A model generated the notes under the pieces. It ran no database searches. It worked only from the letters and a program-made list of their open reading frames with translations, and had not been told where the DNA came from. Shown here piece by piece: positions 37,445-46,600 of a stretch of DNA of 64,000 bases. A program made the position numbers and the translations under genes. Source of the stretch: an uncultured virus (IMG/VR IMGVR_UViG_3300033141_004958) (taxonomy: Duplodnaviria; Heunggongvirae; Uroviricota; Caudoviricetes); IMG/VR virus record IMGVR_UViG_3300033141_004958, one strand, 5' to 3'. Each line of letters begins with the position of its first letter. The first letter of the stretch is position 1.

Positions 37445-37840
37445 TTATTTTCCGTTTTCCTTTTTATCCGATGATTTGTCTACTTTTTCTTTTTCCTTTT
37501 CCTTTTCCTTTTCCTTTTTCTTAGCATCATTGAAAGCGGCAGTTATTTTGTCGGCAATATCTGACATCTTTCTTGCCCCGGCATTATTTTCTCCACCCGC
37601 CTTCTTAAGTGTCTTAACTATTTTCATATATTTCTCTTCATCTTCATCCGACATTGCAGCAATTAATTGGCCAATCTTTATACAATCCGCGTCGGTCAGC
37701 TTATCATCCACGGGTTTTCCAATTAAGTTCTTAAGTTCTCCTTTTTCAAGAATAACATCTGCGCAATGCGCGGGGTCGAAAACAGGCGCATAGACATCAA
37801 GTTTTTCTCTAATCCTCTTCTTTATCTGCTCTACATTCAT
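37445..37840 (-). CDS. Hypothetical protein with KE-repeat tail
   Basis: AAGGAG RBS; MNVEQIKKRIREKL; KEKEKEKEK. Confidence 0.65.
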   Translation of the reverse strand: MNVEQIKKRIREKLDVYAPVFDPAHCADVILEKGELKNLIGKPVDDKLTDADCIKIGQLIAAMSDEDEEKYMKIVKTLKKAGGENNAGARKMSDIADKITAAFNDAKKKEKEKEKEKEKVDKSSDKKENGK

Positions 37841-38039
37841 TATCTTTCTCCTTCGACCTTTTATAGTCTGTCTGATAAAATCCACTACCTCTAAAGATAA
37901 TACCGGCTGGGCATGCAATTAGCCGATGAAGGGCATCAGCATGACACCGTGGGCATATGGTCAATCTTTCATCATACATAGATTGAACCACTTCAAATAC
38001 ATAACCACAATTATTACATTCATAATCATATGTAGGCAT
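37809..38039 (-). CDS. FmdB-family zinc-ribbon protein
   Basis: MPTYDYECNNCG..FE...CPRC...L.RLI...GIIFRGSGFYQTDY. Confidence 0.9.
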   Translation of the reverse strand: MPTYDYECNNCGYVFEVVQSMYDERLTICPRCHADALHRLIACPAGIIFRGSGFYQTDYKRSKEKDNECRADKEED

Positions 38040-38072
38040 TATTGACTCTCTATTTAGCGCGTTTAAGATCTT

Positions 38073-38348
38073 CTAATATATATATATAACATCAAGAATA
38101 TCGCGCCGCCTCGCGCTTATATTATTTACTATGCCAACTGTTTCTTCGTTAATTGTATTAGTGGTAGTGTCCAAATCTAATATAAGTTGTCTAAGTTGTG
38201 TAGAAATTGTTGTTAATATATCTATACTATTTTGTAACTTCTCGGTGAAATTTTTGTTTTTGCTGCGTGCAAACACTTCTTCGGCTGCATCGATGCGAGA
38301 TTCGGCTGCGGCTACGGCCTCCAGTATATTTTTGACATGGTCAACCAT
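38073..38348 (-). CDS. Coiled-coil hypothetical protein
   Basis: AAGGAG RBS; KNILEA. Confidence 0.55.
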   Translation of the reverse strand: MVDHVKNILEAVAAAESRIDAAEEVFARSKNKNFTEKLQNSIDILTTISTQLRQLILDLDTTTNTINEETVGIVNNISARRRDILDVIYIY

Positions 38349-38962
38349 TATATTCTCCTTATAGGCGGCAACACATCTGGTGGTTCTTCATCACAATGTT
38401 GACGAGTAATTATGTGATTTTCTGCAGCAAATGGCAATTTTGCCAATACTTGTTTGGTCTTGGCATCTAATGCTATGACCATGACTGCCTGTTTGAGGGT
38501 GTTGGCATGGTAAATAGCGCTAACGGGTTCATTGCTATTGGCCAGGATTTCTTGCCCATTGCCAAAGATCCAAAAGATCTTCTCGGGAAGATTTGAGCCG
38601 GATAACATAAAGCGAACTCCATATCTCCTCGAATCATTATAGAAGCGAGGATCATGCATAATTATCGGACCAACCAATTTAATCTCGACATCTCCAGTTA
38701 CAGTATCTCCAGATATGATTGATTGATTGGGTTGTGTTTCGGGAATTGTTATTTCACCCAATTCGGCTTTTACTTCTTCCATAAGTTCTTCATTAATATC
38801 TGTGGGTGGATTATAGGCATCGTTTGGTGCTAATGTCGTTGTTGTACAATTTATTTCACTATCGATCTGTTTCGATGCCGAATCATCTTCTGGAAATAAT
38901 ATATCTTTGATGAATATGGCCCCATTACCATCAATGTGTATCACAATATCAATTGGCTTCAT
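38348..38962 (-). CDS. Hypothetical protein with PKD-like C-terminal segment
   Basis: FWIFGNG......EP..A.Y. Confidence 0.5.
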   Translation of the reverse strand: MKPIDIVIHIDGNGAIFIKDILFPEDDSASKQIDSEINCTTTTLAPNDAYNPPTDINEELMEEVKAELGEITIPETQPNQSIISGDTVTGDVEIKLVGPIIMHDPRFYNDSRRYGVRFMLSGSNLPEKIFWIFGNGQEILANSNEPVSAIYHANTLKQAVMVIALDAKTKQVLAKLPFAAENHIITRQHCDEEPPDVLPPIRRI

Positions 38963-39450
38963 GCAAAACTCCTCTCTAAAATAATTTTTCGATTCCAATG
39001 AAAATCATATATAACAACGACGTCATCTGCCGAATCATCTATATAATAATCTGAACTCAATGCCGGTATTGCGGATTCATCAATAAGATATGAAATAAGT
39101 TGAGATGTAGTTTTATATGGTGGAACAGGTATAGACGCTAACTTAATATCATTTACACTTGTAGAAATATACATTTGTTGAGAATCTTTATATCCCAAAT
39201 CTTGAAGTTTTTCTATATACCTATCTATTTCTTTTTGTGGTATTGGTTTTTGATATATCATCTTCTTTATCGACCTAAGAAAATCAATCTTACATGAATC
39301 GGGAAAATTAACACTATCCCACCACTTTTCAATCAACTTGACATAAGACATATTTTCGCGCAAAGATCCCAAATTAGATACCCATCGTAGGAATTTACGT
39401 GGGTGTTGTCCTATAGTATTTGTATCAGAAATAAATGCCTTCGCGGACAT
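38959..39450 (-). CDS. Hypothetical protein
   Basis: GAGG RBS, 163-aa ORF. Confidence 0.6.
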   Translation of the reverse strand: MSAKAFISDTNTIGQHPRKFLRWVSNLGSLRENMSYVKLIEKWWDSVNFPDSCKIDFLRSIKKMIYQKPIPQKEIDRYIEKLQDLGYKDSQQMYISTSVNDIKLASIPVPPYKTTSQLISYLIDESAIPALSSDYYIDDSADDVVVIYDFHWNRKIILERSFA

Positions 39451-39466
39451 TGTTATTTCCTCAATT

Positions 39467-39712
39467 TTATTCTTGATTATTTCCTAACATTTCGTTTGCT
39501 ATTTCGGTAGTAGCGGCATCGAGTTTTTTCATAAATTCATTAGCAATATCAGAATCCGAGACTGCCAGTCCCTTTAGCAATTGAACTGCTTTCATTTGTT
39601 CTTCATTTGAACCGCTAAAGCTATTGGCTAAATCTGATATTATTTTTTTAACATCGACATCATCCTCTTGCTCAAATAATTTTCTTCTAATTCTTTCTGC
39701 TATTATATTCAT
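39467..39712 (-). CDS. Small acidic protein, putative internal head protein
   Basis: AAGGAGG RBS; leader IAERIRRKLFEQ. Confidence 0.6.
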   Translation of the reverse strand: MNIIAERIRRKLFEQEDDVDVKKIISDLANSFSGSNEEQMKAVQLLKGLAVSDSDIANEFMKKLDAATTEIANEMLGNNQE

Positions 39713-39725
39713 TTGTTGCCTCCTT

Positions 39726-40859
39726 TTATTCACATCGCCAATAATCTATTAGAAATCCCTGGTCATATCTTGGAATTTTCCCCCTAACCCCAATACCCCC
39801 AGGGTCGTGTTGTGATGTATCCGTTATCGATAACGTTACGCCTCTCCAGTTAGCCGATATCGTATTACCTGATATTGATATTGTTAATGTTCGCCATGTA
39901 TTATCTGGGATCTGAACATCCCATTGAGAATCGGATAAAACAACTGCGCCGTTTTCATATTTGCCAAGAGAAGCTGACGTTCGGTTTCCCAAATCCAAAC
40001 TTACTCTAAAATAATAATAATCCATAAATGTACTATCTTGCAATGCGAAATATATAAATAAATCGCTATCGCGTGAATATCCATATTCCTTTGGATTACG
40101 GATATCAACCTTTAAATCGCCATCACTTGGTGTCCATATCAACGTTGGCGCATATGCCCGAACCATTATCGAATCGGTTGTGGGAGAGGGCGCTTCAAGA
40201 TATCTTGAACCATCACTGGCCGTTAATGAGCTACCCAAACTCCAGCCTGCAGATTCTTTATCTCCAGTCCATTCAACACCATCATGGTATTCACCATACC
40301 AGGCCAGATCCCAGTACGTACTTCCCAATTCATAGCTTTCAGGTAATGAATATGTTGGATCTGTTGGTTCATCGGGGTTATCTACATCATCATATGGGAA
40401 GGTATGCCCGGGTTCATCGGTAAATATAAATGACCATTGACCGGTGACGGTGATTCCAGCAGTTTTATAAAATACCTCATTCGAATTAAGCGTATACCTG
40501 GAAAATAGTGTGCCATCTGAGAAATATAATCCAAACTCTTTTACCCAAGTATTTATGTGTTCATTTGGTGGTATTTGAAAATAAAATGTGCATGACCGTG
40601 GGTTTTTTATAAATTTTCTGGTATCTATCCTGTGTTTAGTAATATTTGATCCACGCAATTCAGTCATTGAGATGTTTGTTGGGTTGTTATTATCACCCAC
40701 TCCAAACGTAGATATACTTTCCGTACCAAATACAGATTGCCAGAATTTATTAATACCACAGATCAATATTGTATTTGGTCGCTTTGATATATAATTAAAC
40801 AATTTTCCATTTTTATATATATATAACTCAAGTGCACCAGAAACTAAACCTGCAGCCAT
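39726..40859 (-). CDS. Tail/baseplate fibre protein (collar-like N-terminus plus ConA/LamG-like C-terminus)
   Basis: KEFGLY..DGTLFSR N-terminal domain; W..L.I.I.G..I....G.....I.D......GGIG. Confidence 0.6.
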   Translation of the reverse strand: MAAGLVSGALELYIYKNGKLFNYISKRPNTILICGINKFWQSVFGTESISTFGVGDNNNPTNISMTELRGSNITKHRIDTRKFIKNPRSCTFYFQIPPNEHINTWVKEFGLYFSDGTLFSRYTLNSNEVFYKTAGITVTGQWSFIFTDEPGHTFPYDDVDNPDEPTDPTYSLPESYELGSTYWDLAWYGEYHDGVEWTGDKESAGWSLGSSLTASDGSRYLEAPSPTTDSIMVRAYAPTLIWTPSDGDLKVDIRNPKEYGYSRDSDLFIYFALQDSTFMDYYYFRVSLDLGNRTSASLGKYENGAVVLSDSQWDVQIPDNTWRTLTISISGNTISANWRGVTLSITDTSQHDPGGIGVRGKIPRYDQGFLIDYWRCE

Positions 40860-40873
40860 ATTTATCTCTCTAA

Positions 40874-41077
40874 TTAAAAGCCTTGGCCATATGAACCCCT
40901 GCCGAATCCTCTGCCGAATCCTCTACCGAAGCCTCTACCAAGACCTCTACCAAAACCGCGACTGAAACCTCTACCGAGTCCGGGACGCAATGTTGTGTTA
41001 GTCCCGCGGCAGAAACCCATGCCACGGCCAGTTCTTGGCCCTTGCCCGTTTGGCCCAGTTCCATCAAATGCTGGCAT
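40874..41077 (-). CDS. DUF5320-family Gly/Arg-rich protein
   Basis: MPAFDGTGPNGQGPRTGRGMGFC followed by (GRGF)n. Confidence 0.8.
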   Translation of the reverse strand: MPAFDGTGPNGQGPRTGRGMGFCRGTNTTLRPGLGRGFSRGFGRGLGRGFGRGFGRGFGRGSYGQGF

Positions 41078-41081
41078 TGTA

Positions 41082-42287
41082 TTATCCTTTCTTTTCTGTA
41101 GTTCGAGAAATGGTTGTTACCTTAACATCCTCAATAGGCATATTTTCTATAAGTTCATTTTCGGCTTCACTGCTCCATGGTCTATTAACACCCGCTCGAG
41201 CATTTTTTATAATCTTATCTCTTTCATTCTTCGATACTGCACGGGTTCGGTAGCAAAAGCCATGACACCACTTATTCCATGTCTTTGGCGAAAATACGCT
41301 TGACGTACCGAAAATGATATTCTTTATCTTCTCTTTATGCGCCGGATACCGTTGCTTTTTAGGTCGTTTCTCATTTACAGGTCGATAATAATGTTGAGTT
41401 ACACAATCCCTTGATACGTAAATTGGAATATTTAGCAACCAAGCCTTAATTGAAAATGGTTCTAGTAGGAATCCCCATCGCCCAACTGGAGTTTCCCATA
41501 AGCGCTTTGTTGGTGATTTGAGTTGTTTGATGGTATTGGCAGAATATGCATAAAATGCACCAAGTGGTACTTGAACCTTGCCCCACGGGCCGTCGGGGCC
41601 AATACCATTTTTCCACTTCGTTCCCATCCATTTAGCAGCAAATAAATTATTATCAGATCGAACTAAATATGCCCCAAATTGTTTGAATTTGGAATTACTA
41701 TTTAAATTAGTAGAACCAGAACAAACTACACAAGTCTCAGATAGTGCCTTATCAGATAAATATTCAATACTCCCTTCAGGAATTTGCATATGTGCATCGG
41801 CTACACCAACAACATCAGCGCCCAATTCTAGTGCCATATCCGTGGCCATGTTTATATTATAACCAATTCCCATTGGTTTTTTATTATGAATAACAATAAT
41901 ATTTTTGGCTATTTGATCTAAATCCTCTGCAGAGTCATCTGCAGAGGCATCATCTACAACTATACATCTAAAATCCAATAAGGGATCTACTATGGATTTA
42001 TATAAACTATCAATAGTATTTATAAGCATTTCTCCTTCATTCCACGAAGAAATTACCCAAACAACAGTAATAGGTTTAGCTGGTATCCATTTTGGTGGAT
42101 CTGCCGGACAACACATATTTATTCGGCGCAATCTGGCGGTTCGTTCACATGGTGAACATTGCATAAGTGCGCATGTATTTTTATATTCACAATTATCACA
42201 TATTTTTTGTCTACGAGCGGCTATTGGTGGCCATAATGGCAAAGTAGAATCAGAAAACCGACGCTTTATATTATCATATCGACCCAC
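41082..42287 (-). CDS. GT-A glycosyltransferase (GT2/GT27 ppGalNAc-T-like) with N-terminal Cys-rich domain
   Basis: WNEG..L..TI.SL, IVVDDAS, ADAH (DxH), GAFY, WG...EPFSIKAW, V.QHYYR; N-terminal C..C...C...C..C...CCP...KW. Confidence 0.8.
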   Translation of the reverse strand: MGRYDNIKRRFSDSTLPLWPPIAARRQKICDNCEYKNTCALMQCSPCERTARLRRINMCCPADPPKWIPAKPITVVWVISSWNEGEMLINTIDSLYKSIVDPLLDFRCIVVDDASADDSAEDLDQIAKNIIVIHNKKPMGIGYNINMATDMALELGADVVGVADAHMQIPEGSIEYLSDKALSETCVVCSGSTNLNSNSKFKQFGAYLVRSDNNLFAAKWMGTKWKNGIGPDGPWGKVQVPLGAFYAYSANTIKQLKSPTKRLWETPVGRWGFLLEPFSIKAWLLNIPIYVSRDCVTQHYYRPVNEKRPKKQRYPAHKEKIKNIIFGTSSVFSPKTWNKWCHGFCYRTRAVSKNERDKIIKNARAGVNRPWSSEAENELIENMPIEDVKVTTISRTTEKKG

Positions 42288-42784
42288 TATAAAGTCTCCT
42301 CATCTACGCGGCTTAGATTCTTTTTTTCTATAAGGGATTCGGCAGTTGGTATATCTATAGATTCATTATAAACTAAGGAATCTATAAAACGAAGTGCGAC
42401 TTCATCATCGGCAAACTTTTTAATATTATCTATGGCTATAGATACTTCTTCAGCCGATGGATGTTTGGCCTCTTTCTCATAATATCCTGCAATACACGAA
42501 GAATATGCTACTTGAAGAACATGCTTTTGTAATGCTTTATTTGTCATTACATTAGGTTCGCCATTACACATACATACCTTACATGTATCAGCATCGACAG
42601 CCACACTTCGCCCACAGATGGCCGAAAGAACACCACATTCCGCAAAAGGTATACCAGATTTTTTTGTTGTAGCCTCTACGCCCCGCGCTGGGCAAGATGC
42701 TGGATTTTTTGATCTTATTTCTGCGGGCCCTGGCTTAATATAATTACTTTTCTCGCCCAACTCTTTGAAACTTATTGGTTTCAT
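42287..42784 (-). CDS. Cys-rich hypothetical protein
   Basis: CP...C...C...C..C.C pattern; translationally coupled to the glycosyltransferase. Confidence 0.6.
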   Translation of the reverse strand: MKPISFKELGEKSNYIKPGPAEIRSKNPASCPARGVEATTKKSGIPFAECGVLSAICGRSVAVDADTCKVCMCNGEPNVMTNKALQKHVLQVAYSSCIAGYYEKEAKHPSAEEVSIAIDNIKKFADDEVALRFIDSLVYNESIDIPTAESLIEKKNLSRVDEETL

Positions 42785-42798
42785 ATATCATTCTCCTC

Positions 42799-43629
42799 TT
42801 ATGCGGCTTGATATGGGATACAATCACTGCTATTATACATATATCTTGAATCTGGACTACATGTATGAACGGGATCTGTTATCCTATCATAATGGCAACT
42901 GCCAGTTTTGGTGGCACATGCCGCTTCTTCGCCATCACTACAAGCCCTAATAACGGTGGACGCAGTACCCGCTGCACAGATACAACAACCATTATTACAA
43001 GGCGGCGCAGAAAAGCCACTATCACAACAACATTCATCTGCAGCTGGATTATTGGTTGTTGTCGTTGGAGCTGCTGTAGTTGTCGTAGTTGGAGCTGCTG
43101 TAGTTGTCGTCGTTGGAGCTGCTGTAGTTGTTGTCGTTGGAGCTGCTGTAGTTGTTGTCGTTGGAGCTGCTGTAGTTGTCGTAGTTGGAGCTGCTGTAGT
43201 TGTCGTAGTTGGAGCCGCTGTAGTTGTCGTTGTCGTGCTTCCAATAAAGAAATCAAATTCCCATTCATATTCTACATATGTTGCTCCCTTAATACCAGGG
43301 GCAACCACTGCACGGGCAAACAAAATATCATTTTCGGAAAACAGGCCGATTTCTGCTATAGTACCATCTATCAATTCTGATTCATCTAAATGAAACTTAA
43401 CTTTGGCGCGTGTATTGTTTATATATTCAATACTGTCAATGTTCTTAGTATATAGAACATTTCCCTCAAGCTTTTCGGGAGTTGCATTAGCCGCATTACT
43501 ATCCCCGAATTTTACTTTGGTAACCTGATAATTTGTACTTAAACCTGCTAAATTATATAATATTATATCACCTACATATTTACCATATGCATTTAATATA
43601 TTGCTATCTTTAAATTTCAATATGCCCAC
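42799..43629 (-). CDS. Tail-collar-like fibre protein with mucin-like (T5AAP)7 stalk and Cys-rich tip
   Basis: IAEIGLFS....LFAR N-terminal domain; seven TTTTTAAP repeats; Cys-rich C-terminus. Confidence 0.75.
   Translation of the reverse strand: MGILKFKDSNILNAYGKYVGDIILYNLAGLSTNYQVTKVKFGDSNAANATPEKLEGNVLYTKNIDSIEYINNTRAKVKFHLDESELIDGTIAEIGLFSENDILFARAVVAPGIKGATYVEYEWEFDFFIGSTTTTTTAAPTTTTTAAPTTTTTAAPTTTTTAAPTTTTTAAPTTTTTAAPTTTTTAAPTTTTNNPAADECCCDSGFSAPPCNNGCCICAAGTASTVIRACSDGEEAACATKTGSCHYDRITDPVHTCSPDSRYMYNSSDCIPYQAA
43054..43236. repeat. 24-bp tandem repeat encoding TTTTTAAP
   Basis: Unit GTTGGAGCTGCTGTAGTTGT(C/T)GT(A/C), seven copies. Confidence 0.95.
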
Positions 43630-43632
43630 AAA

Positions 43633-46600
43633 CTACTCCTTATATATATATGTTTCGCCAGTCCGAATATTAACTATCCAAATATACCAAGTATTATGCA
43701 TCCAGAACCGTCGTGCAACATGATCGAGATTATATGATATTGGCATTATTCCATGAGCTTCCATTTTGCTCTGGTAATCTCTAATTATCGGAACTATACG
43801 TTGTTCATATGAAAATAGATTTCCAGTCTGGGGGTCTTCTGCTAATGGAACCTGTGATAAGCTGGCTGTTGGATATCGAGGATATCCTCTTGGTAGAAAA
43901 TCATATGACTGTTCACCATCTCCCGTCCAATACCACCGACCGCTAAGAAATAAGTTTTCATAATTATTTAATTCATCCGCCTCGCCCTTAATCCAATCAG
44001 GGATATATGATGCAACACCATCGCCTTCTTCCGTCATTATGGTTCCACCATTAGAAACATAATCTTGCAATATGGTTTGCTGATCTTCTGTTAGATAACT
44101 AAGAGTTGTATAGTTTGCCCTTGGTATTACAAGTACAGTATAGTTGTTAAGCTTGGTCGCTAAATCCCCAATCCTTATTATATCAAAATCGACGTTGGAT
44201 CGACACATCATTTCATAAATCACCCTATTATATGCCCCATTCATTGGATCAAATCTAAGCAATGCTACCTTCGGTTGTTCAGCACGGGCTGTAGGTGATA
44301 TATCTAAATCAGTAATGGCCTCATATGCATCATCGACTATAGGTAATAATCTATCAATATCACTATATTTATCCAGTCCCCAATGCAATCCGGTAAATTT
44401 ATTGAGGGTAAACATACCAACAAGTGCAACCGAAGCCCTAATATTTGCCTCGGTTTCATATTGATATTCTGTATTATATGTTCTATTTACCAATTGACAT
44501 CCAGCATATATTCGAGTTTTGCCTGCCGCCTGCATTTCCTTTACCCGCGCTACAATTGTATATAGACGTCTATTCAATGATCCTGTAGAATCATTTCCAG
44601 CAACTCGACACCATATATAACCAGCCTCATGGTAAAGCGGATCTGGGTCATTGGTAAAATATGTTTGTGGAACTTCCGGTAGTACTTTTATAACCGAGTC
44701 TGGAATTCGTAGGGCATATGCTTCATAAACGGTATCATCTTTTGGATTTTCAGAATCCGCCATAAATAATGTTGGCCAATCATTATCATCAATTTGCTCC
44801 AATGATTCCGGAGTAGTATATTCCGTTTGAATATATGAATGAAAATCTATACCGGTTTCATTTGCTATTTGTTTAAATGTATGCATCATTTGCCTAATTC
44901 TATGTGAATCAAACCAATGTGGCCATCCAGGCGATACAAAGGAAACATTTGTATCATTGGCTAACTTGGTCATCGCGGTTCTTATTTGAGATATATTAGC
45001 ACTATCACTATTATCAGGTTCAGCAGGAATTTGCCATAAACCATACGTAACTGTTATAGTATCTAGATATAATCCAAATGAATCACCAATGCTTATTGTA
45101 CTATTTTCTGAAACTTTAGTAGCATTAAATTCAAAATCATCGAAAACCTCTATAGTTTCCAACCAATTCTGTATTAAGTTAGTTGCTCCAACCGAAATAG
45201 AATCGGTCATGGAAATGCTTTCACCAAATATTAAATATACATTTTCAAAGACCGATAGCGTTACGGTATCGTTTATTGAAATATCTTCGGTTCCTATATA
45301 TTTGAATGTTGCCGTTAGGGATTCAGATAGATCGTCTTCATAAATTATATCTATAGGCTGAAAATTTTCGGTTCCAATCTTGAATGTACTTATATCTATC
45401 CTATGCCAATCGGTATAAGCTGGTTTAACGGAATCAACATAGCGATCAAGGATATCATGAATGTTTTGTATAGATGCGGTTTCGGTTAAATTAGAAGCAT
45501 CTATTTCTGCTATAAATTTATTTGATTTTAATGGTGGAGTATGTCCATAGAAAATAAAATCATCTATGGAATATAATTTTTGTATTGTAGCCGAACTACC
45601 AACCGTTGTAATTCGGTTATCAATATATATTGTATTATTTACATCTATTAATGACGATGTTACAATATTTTCAGTAACATGATTATATTCTGAAGGAGAA
45701 AAGAAAGAAGTTATATCATATCCAAGTAAATCCCTATACAATGAATAATATGAATATATGTCATCATCATCTAATCCTGTATTAAAATTCCCACCATAAT
45801 ATCCCCATATATAATTATGTGTAGGTGATAGATTTGGCACCCTAACAAAGAATTTTTGTGAAGATTCTGTAGTTACCAAATATGGTAAATAACTATAACT
45901 ACCTCGCTCTTTTACAAATCTAACATTTGTCCCATCTAAAAATTTGAATGAATCTACATCTGACATATCAACATATACCAAACTATCATCTACTTCGGTT
46001 GATGGCATACCAATATCAAATTGCTGACAATATGCAAATAATCCATGGTTTAACCCATCATTGGTTGAATCGGTAGAAATTTCCCCCGATACCGAACTGG
46101 CAGGAGTATATAATGTTCCTTGAAGTAATATATCTTCTGGTAAATTACCATGCCCTAATATCAAGGCCCCCTGGTATACATTATAGAAAGAACCATTTAT
46201 TCTTTCAGTTATATATTTCGAATCCGCCATCATAATATTACTAAGATATGTAGCATATTGGTAGTTGGTTTCTAGTAATGCACCAAGAGATGGCTTTATT
46301 GTAAATACATCAGATGATACTATGGTACCATCTACAATTAACGAACAGGTATAATTATTAAACGCATTACCTGACGTTGCAGATATGGTCGTAAGACGAC
46401 CATTAAACCCAATTGTATGAACATCTAGATCTGACAACCCAACTGCTGATGCTGATATAGATGGTGATTCTGTTAGAATATTGCTATACACTGGTAATTC
46501 AACTTTAAGTGCATCATCGCTTGGCCGATAGTATACACCTAATACCGAACCAAAGCTATAGAGTTCTTGCCAATCGGCTATAGACACGTCATGAGATGAT

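Noticed and set aside
42865..43393. Cys/Ser-, Gln/Leu- and Val/Ala-repeat ORFs in other frames
   Set aside because: They are shadows of the TTTTTAAP 24-bp repeat
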